NCBI GenBank assembly: GCA_965247115.1
Contig: CBDFGR010000003.1
Span: 2,080,001 to 2,144,000, forward strand
Origin: Myxococcota bacterium
Lineage (GTDB): Bacteria; Myxococcota_A; UBA9160; SZUA-336
Direction of reading: 5' to 3'
Length of the DNA: 64,000 nucleotides
Shown here: positions 59,037 through 64,000 of the stretch, piece by piece
How positions within the stretch are numbered: the stretch's first letter is position 1
How the letters are laid out: each line of letters opens with the position of its first letter
The notes under the pieces: generated by a model
Databases searched by the model: none
Told to the model about the DNA's origin: nothing
What the model saw: only the letters and a program-made list of their open reading frames with translations
Made by a program: the position numbers and the translations under genes

Positions 59037-59689
59037 GCACGGTGGTGAAACGCTCGGTCTGGCAAAGGGCGCAGTCCGGCCACCTGGAGAGCTGGCAGGA
59101 GTACGTGCGCCAGGGAGGCCCCCAGGCGCCCGAGCGACGCGAGAGCTGGGTCGCAATCCTGTCCGAAGTCGAGAAGCGCATCCCGATCCGCTCCGGCGAG
59201 AAGATCCTGGACATCGGCTGTGGCCTGGACACGGTCCTCGACTTCGTCGACCGGGACGTGCTCGGCTTTACCGTCGACAGCCTGACCGCCTCACTCGCCC
59301 CTCTCGGTCTGAGTCCGCGCGCCGCGCACACCGCAGGTGCGCTCGAGGGTCTCCCGTTTCGGGATGACGCCTTCGATCGCGTCGTGTTGCTGAACGTGCT
59401 CGACCACGTTCGGGATGCGCGCTCCGGTCTGCGCGAGACTGCCAGGGTCCTGGCACCTGGCGGCAGCCTGGTCCTCTCGGTCGACGTCTACTCCGGTCGC
59501 CGTTACCAGACCAAGCGTCTACACAAATGGTGGGCCCGCGCCCGACGCGCCCAGACCAAGCACCCCTTGGTCTTCTCACTCCGCTCCGTCGAGGCCCTGC
59601 TGCGCAACGCCGGCTTCCACCAGACCGACACTCTCCACGTCCCCGGCACCAAACCCCGCCGCCACCTCTTCATTGCCACACTGCGCTAA
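59033..59689 (+). CDS. Class I SAM-dependent methyltransferase
   Basis: ILDIGCG, LPFRDDAFD, NVLDHV, RVLAPGG. Confidence 0.88.
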   Translation: MSTVVKRSVWQRAQSGHLESWQEYVRQGGPQAPERRESWVAILSEVEKRIPIRSGEKILDIGCGLDTVLDFVDRDVLGFTVDSLTASLAPLGLSPRAAHTAGALEGLPFRDDAFDRVVLLNVLDHVRDARSGLRETARVLAPGGSLVLSVDVYSGRRYQTKRLHKWWARARRAQTKHPLVFSLRSVEALLRNAGFHQTDTLHVPGTKPRRHLFIATLR

Positions 59690-59690
59690 T

Positions 59691-59824
59691 CCGGCGCGGG
59701 CGGCCGCGCCGGCGCGCACTTCGCTCGGCTGCGCCTCGCTGCGCGCCCTGCTTACAGCAGGGCTTGCGGCGGGGATGTCTCGAAGACCGGGCCATAACGT
59801 AGGGACGGTCCTTCGTCATAACTT
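59691..59824. repeat. Divergent family C copy (59691-59767) followed by reverse family A copy (59793-59824)
   Basis: CTTCGCTCGGC-TGC-GCCTCGCTGCGCG-CCCTGC..GCAGGG-CTTGC, then CATAACGTAGGGACGGTCCTTCGTCATAACTT; same order as 18808-18972. Confidence 0.75.
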
Positions 59825-59887
59825 GTTGCGAGCGACGCGACCTCCGACGGTGTGTCAGAGCTGGTAGTCTTCGGTGAGGAGGAAATC

Positions 59888-61531
59888 ATGCCGGTACATG
59901 GAGGGAGGCTCGCTGCGCGGGCGCTGAAGCAGGCGGGAGTCGACTGCATCTTCACGCTGAGTGGTGGGCACGTGATGCCCATCTACGACGGTGCGCTGGA
60001 CGAGGACATCCGGATCATCGACGTGCGGCACGAACAGGCGGCGGTCCACGCAGCCGACGCTTGGAGCAGGCTCAACCCCGGCAGGATCGGTTGCGCCGTC
60101 CTCACCGCGGGTCCCGGCGTCACGGATGGCGTGACGGGTGTTGCGAACGCGTGGCGCGCGAACAGCCCCATCATCGTGATCGGTGGACAGGGACCGTTCA
60201 GCGCGCTGCGCCGCGGCTCGCTGCAGGAGATGGATCACGTCGCAGTCATGCGTCCGATCACCAAGTGGGCGGATGCGTGCTACGAGACGCACCGGATCCC
60301 CGAGTACATCGAGCTCGCGCTGCGCAATGCCGTGTCCGGCGTACCCGGCCCGAGCTTCCTCGAGATCCCGATGGACGTGCTGATGGGTGAGGCGGAGCTC
60401 GATCGGGTGCGCTTCCCGACCTTCCGCACGGTGCCGGCGCCAATGACCCCATCGCGTACCGACCTCGTCGCCGCCCTCGAGCTGCTTGCCCGGGCCAAGC
60501 GACCCGTCGTGATGGCCGGTACGGCCATCAAGTGGTCGAACGGCAGTGCGGCCCTGCGCCGCTTCATTGAAGAGACCGGCCTGCCCACCTTCTGCAACGG
60601 CATGGGCCGGGGGCAGGTCCGCTCCGACGACCCGCAGTTCTTCAACCGCGTGCGCAAGGAAGCGATGGGGAAGTGCGATGTCTTCGTGCTGGCGGGCTCA
60701 CCACTCGACTTCCGGCTGGGCTTTGGCCGCTCCATCCCTGCGGACGCAGAGATCATCCAGCTCGACATGGAGAACTCGTTAATTGGCCAGAACCGCTCGC
60801 CCGACGTGGCCATCGTCGGCAATCTCGGCCTCGCCTTCGAGCGGCTCCTCGAGGTCATGAAGGAGGAGTCGATCCAGCTCGACTTCACCACCTGGCGCGA
60901 CGAGCTGCGCGGCCGCGAGGCGGAGATCGGGGAAGGTTTCGAGGCCCAGCTCAATTCCGACGAATCGCCCGTGGACCCATTGCGCATGGCGCGCGAGATC
61001 CGTGAGTTCATCGACGAGAACACCATCCTGATCGGAGACGGTGGCGACATCGTGGCCCAGTCCTCCAAGGTCATCCCGGTGTACAGGGAGAACTGCTGGA
61101 TGGATCCGGGGCCGTTGGGAACACTGGGCGTGGGCATGCCCTTTGCGCTGGCTGCGAAGGCCTCCTTCCCGGACAGGAAGGTCCTGATCATCTACGGAGA
61201 TGGATCCTTCGGGCTGAACGGCTTCGAGTACGACACGGCGATCCGCCACGACCTGCCCATCGTTGGCATCGTCGGGAACGACGCCGCCTGGGGTCAGATG
61301 CTGCGCCCGCAGGTGGGCCTGTACGGCGCGGAGCGGGTCGTGGCCACGCGCCTGAACTACACGCGGTACGACAAAATCGTCGAGGCGATGGGAGGACACG
61401 GCGAGTACTGCGAGCGGCCGGAAGAGATCCGACCCGCGCTCGAACGCTCCTTTGCTTCGGGCAAGCCGGCACTCATCAATGTGAAGATCCGCCGCGACGA
61501 GGGCGCCATGAAGGGCAGCACCTACGTCTGA
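59888..61531 (+). CDS. ThDP-dependent enzyme (acetolactate synthase-like / 2-hydroxyacyl-CoA lyase-like)
   Basis: LSGGH, VRHEQAA, TAGPG, GTLGVG, GDGSFG..GNDAAWG. Confidence 0.88.
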   Translation: MPVHGGRLAARALKQAGVDCIFTLSGGHVMPIYDGALDEDIRIIDVRHEQAAVHAADAWSRLNPGRIGCAVLTAGPGVTDGVTGVANAWRANSPIIVIGGQGPFSALRRGSLQEMDHVAVMRPITKWADACYETHRIPEYIELALRNAVSGVPGPSFLEIPMDVLMGEAELDRVRFPTFRTVPAPMTPSRTDLVAALELLARAKRPVVMAGTAIKWSNGSAALRRFIEETGLPTFCNGMGRGQVRSDDPQFFNRVRKEAMGKCDVFVLAGSPLDFRLGFGRSIPADAEIIQLDMENSLIGQNRSPDVAIVGNLGLAFERLLEVMKEESIQLDFTTWRDELRGREAEIGEGFEAQLNSDESPVDPLRMAREIREFIDENTILIGDGGDIVAQSSKVIPVYRENCWMDPGPLGTLGVGMPFALAAKASFPDRKVLIIYGDGSFGLNGFEYDTAIRHDLPIVGIVGNDAAWGQMLRPQVGLYGAERVVATRLNYTRYDKIVEAMGGHGEYCERPEEIRPALERSFASGKPALINVKIRRDEGAMKGSTYV

Positions 61532-62087
61532 CGAAGACGGCCTGGCCGCGGACTCGACCGGCGTCCACTTCGGCGGCGCACGGATCGACACGCTCCTCCT
61601 GTGTCAGGGGGAGGTTGCGAGACTCGGACCCGTGACAATGGCCGTCGGGCAGGCGCGGCGCTCGCTTCGCACCCGGGACGTGCGCGCGACGCACGTAGTC
61701 TTTGCGCCGCGAATACCACGCCCGCTACTGCTCGGGCTGGCACGGCTCGAGAATTCGAGCGAAGAGCTGATCTGGGTCGAGTACACCGAGACGTGGGACG
61801 TTCCGGCCGGAACCTACCGACGAGCGCCTGGCGCCTGTGAGCGGCGCACGCCAGAAACGATCTGGGCACTGGCCGATGCCTCTGCGGCCCTGCGAGCGCA
61901 CCCTCCGGACCCCCCTCCGCGGGTCGGCCTGGCACTCGACATGCACCTCGCCCTCCCGGCCGGTTCGCGCCGCGAGTTCAGCTTCGCCTACGTCAGGTGC
62001 ACCCCACCCGAGGAGCCCTCTGACCTGGTCCGCGCCTGGCGGGGCGACGTCGCAAGAGAGTTGGTGCGGATTTCAGGGAACGAATAG
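61524..62087 (+). CDS. Hypothetical protein
   Basis: Frame open from 61512; first canonical start GTG 61632; ACG at 61524 overlaps the upstream stop region. Confidence 0.45.
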   Translation, partial: TSDEDGLAADSTGVHFGGARIDTLLLCQGEVARLGPVTMAVGQARRSLRTRDVRATHVVFAPRIPRPLLLGLARLENSSEELIWVEYTETWDVPAGTYRRAPGACERRTPETIWALADASAALRAHPPDPPPRVGLALDMHLALPAGSRREFSFAYVRCTPPEEPSDLVRAWRGDVARELVRISGNE

Positions 62088-62666
62088 AAGGTCGACTTGA
62101 GTGGGGACGGTGGCCGAGAGCGTCTCGTGGCCGCAGACCGCCTTCAGGACCTGGACCTGGCGCTCCATTCCGAAGTCCGCCGCGTTGAGTAGCAGCGGAC
62201 CCGCGCTCTGCACGCGGAATCCCCCGGACTCGCGCGAGACGCGGATCGGAACCGCCAGCATGAACCGGCTGCCGTGCAGCACCAGGCTTCCCTTCACGGT
62301 CAAACTGAGACTGCCGCCCGCCGGAGGCACCTGGGTGGGGTCGACGTTCTCGAGCTCGAAGCGCGCCAGGGGGAACTTCGTTGCCTCGAAGAAGTGGGTG
62401 AGGATATTCGCGTCGCGCGCTCTATCGCCGGTGGCAAGCGTGGAGACCGCGACCTCCACCCACCCCGTCCCCGTCTCGGGATCAAGCGCGCCGGAGAGCC
62501 CCGTGAACGAGCCGGGTACGGCAACCAGGTCGTTCTTGATGCCGACGAAGTAGATCGAGGACTCGGCGGGGACGAGTCCCAGCTCCACCGCCGGACCGTT
62601 GCTCGCGTAACAGGCGAACACGAGCCAGGTCACAAAGACACCGCTGATTGCGAGGACACGGGCCAT
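62073..62666 (-). CDS. YceI-family lipid/polyisoprenoid-binding protein
   Basis: SSIYF, GSFTGLSG, TGDRARDANI..FFEATKFP, GSLVLHG, DFGM. Confidence 0.85.
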   Translation of the reverse strand: MARVLAISGVFVTWLVFACYASNGPAVELGLVPAESSIYFVGIKNDLVAVPGSFTGLSGALDPETGTGWVEVAVSTLATGDRARDANILTHFFEATKFPLARFELENVDPTQVPPAGGSLSLTVKGSLVLHGSRFMLAVPIRVSRESGGFRVQSAGPLLLNAADFGMERQVQVLKAVCGHETLSATVPTQVDLLFVP

Positions 62667-63859
62667 CAGCTGCTCCCCACGACGTCTTCGACGATGTCCA
62701 GGGCCGCGTCGAGCTCTGCCTCGGGGATGTTCAACGCAGGGAAGATCCGGATCACGCGGTCCGCTGTCAGGTTGACGAGAACACCGCGTTCGCGGGCGGC
62801 CTGGTGGACGGCCGCTGCGCGCTCGGCGTCGCGCAGGACCAGCCCGATCAACAGCCCGAGTCCCCGTGCCTCTTCGACCTTGTCGCCGTTCCGCTTCGCG
62901 AACTCGGCAAGGCGCGAGAGTGTGCTCTCTCCGAGTCGTGCGGCGCGGTCGACGAGACCTTCCTCCTCGATCACGCGCAGCACCGTCGCGGCGCCACGCG
63001 CGCACAGTGGATTGCCCGCGTAGGTTCCGCCGTGGTCTCCGGGGACGATCGAGCTCATGACCTCCTCCGTTGCCATGAAGACTGCGATCGGCAGCCCGCC
63101 CCCCACACCCTTTCCCATGGTGAGGATGTCCGGCACGACCCCGCTGTGCTCGAGCGCGAGCCAGCGGCCCGTGCGCCCGGCACAGGTCTGGACCTCGTCC
63201 AGGATCAAGAGCACACCTGCCGCGCGGCACGCTCTGGCGAGGCCTTGGATGTAACCCTCCGGCGGGACCACCACGCCGCCCTCACCCTGTATGGGCTCGA
63301 CGATCATCGCGGCCACGTCGTCCCCGATCGCCTGCTCGGCCGCGGCGAGATCTCCGTAGGGAACGAAGCTCGCCTCGTGGATGATGTCGCTCCACGGCTC
63401 GCGGTACTTCGTCTGGCCAAGGCAGCCGAGGACCCCGAGCGTTCTGCCGTGGAAGCTGTTCAACGTCGCGACGAAGCGACTGCGCCCCGTCTTGCGGTGC
63501 GCGAGCTTCAGCGCGCCCTCATTCGCCTCGGCTCCGCTGGAGACGAAGAACGAGCGGTGGATGGGGTCAGGGGTGACGGCGTCGAGCCGCTCGGCGAGCT
63601 CGAGCTGGGGGGAGGTGAACACGATGTTTGTCGTCTGCATCAACGTGCCTGCCTGGTCCGAGATCGCTTCGACCAGCGCTGGATGACAGTGCCCGATCGA
63701 GGTGACGCCCCAGCCCGAGGTGAGATCGGTGAACTCATCGCCCGATACGTCCCACACCTTGGAGCCCTGTCCCCTGACCAGGGCCAGCGGCCAGCGCCGC
63801 ACACCCGGGGCGAAGACCTTGCCCTCCCGTTGAACCAGCGTTTCGTAGTTCTGGGTCAT
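62666..63859 (-). CDS. argD: Class III aminotransferase (acetylornithine aminotransferase-like)
   Basis: SGAEANEGALKLA, SFHGRT, EPIQGEGG, DEVQT, MGKG, HGGTYAGNP. Confidence 0.8.
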   Translation of the reverse strand: MTQNYETLVQREGKVFAPGVRRWPLALVRGQGSKVWDVSGDEFTDLTSGWGVTSIGHCHPALVEAISDQAGTLMQTTNIVFTSPQLELAERLDAVTPDPIHRSFFVSSGAEANEGALKLAHRKTGRSRFVATLNSFHGRTLGVLGCLGQTKYREPWSDIIHEASFVPYGDLAAAEQAIGDDVAAMIVEPIQGEGGVVVPPEGYIQGLARACRAAGVLLILDEVQTCAGRTGRWLALEHSGVVPDILTMGKGVGGGLPIAVFMATEEVMSSIVPGDHGGTYAGNPLCARGAATVLRVIEEEGLVDRAARLGESTLSRLAEFAKRNGDKVEEARGLGLLIGLVLRDAERAAAVHQAARERGVLVNLTADRVIRIFPALNIPEAELDAALDIVEDVVGSS

Positions 63860-63944
63860 CGTTTCCTCCAAGAAAGTCGAGCACGAGGCTCGCGAAGCAA
63901 GCCGGCGTTTCAAGATACGCGAGATGCCCGGCCCGGGGTAATCG

Positions 63945-64000
63945 CTACGCGATCAGGTCGGACAGCTCGGCGAGGTCCTCGATGATCCAGGTGGGCGCCT
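63945..64000 (-). CDS. C-terminus of a probable HAD-family hydrolase (partial)
   Basis: ..APTWIIEDLAELSDLIA* resembles HAD hydrolase C-termini. Confidence 0.4.
   Translation of the reverse strand, partial: APTWIIEDLAELSDLIA

Overview
This high-GC bacterial window spans the replication origin region. The split ATP synthase operon and an MXAN_5187-like gene suggest a Myxococcota/deltaproteobacterial lineage (inference). Core order: parB-parA-rsmG-jag-yidC-yidD-rnpA-rpmH on the minus strand, and dnaA-[oriC]-dnaN-gyrB-gyrA-hemL-atpZ/I/B/E-tmk on the plus strand, with atpF'FHAGDC downstream of parB. Other genes include eno, mfd-ppiC-surA-pdxA-uvrA, an orphan rplC with rlmE, purM-tgt, peptide and B12/Fe-type ABC transporters, and an aldolase next to a PfkB-SIS fusion. 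I found no rRNA, tRNA, CRISPR array or transposase. Most notable signals: (1) three families of palindromic intergenic repeats with compensatory changes, combined into mosaics (full mosaic at 18.8-19.25 kb, with a core apparently inverted between identical flanks); (2) a strongly degenerate DnaA whose origin keeps DnaA-trios but has only degenerate DnaA boxes; (3) rlmE and a second ORF that seem to need ACG starts, or TAG read-through from rplC; (4) a translationally coupled mini-ORF made by tandem duplication between purM and tgt; (5) a pseudo-histidine kinase, a KH-less RG-rich Jag and a tiny basic protein. All calls come from reading the sequence and motifs; no database searches were run.
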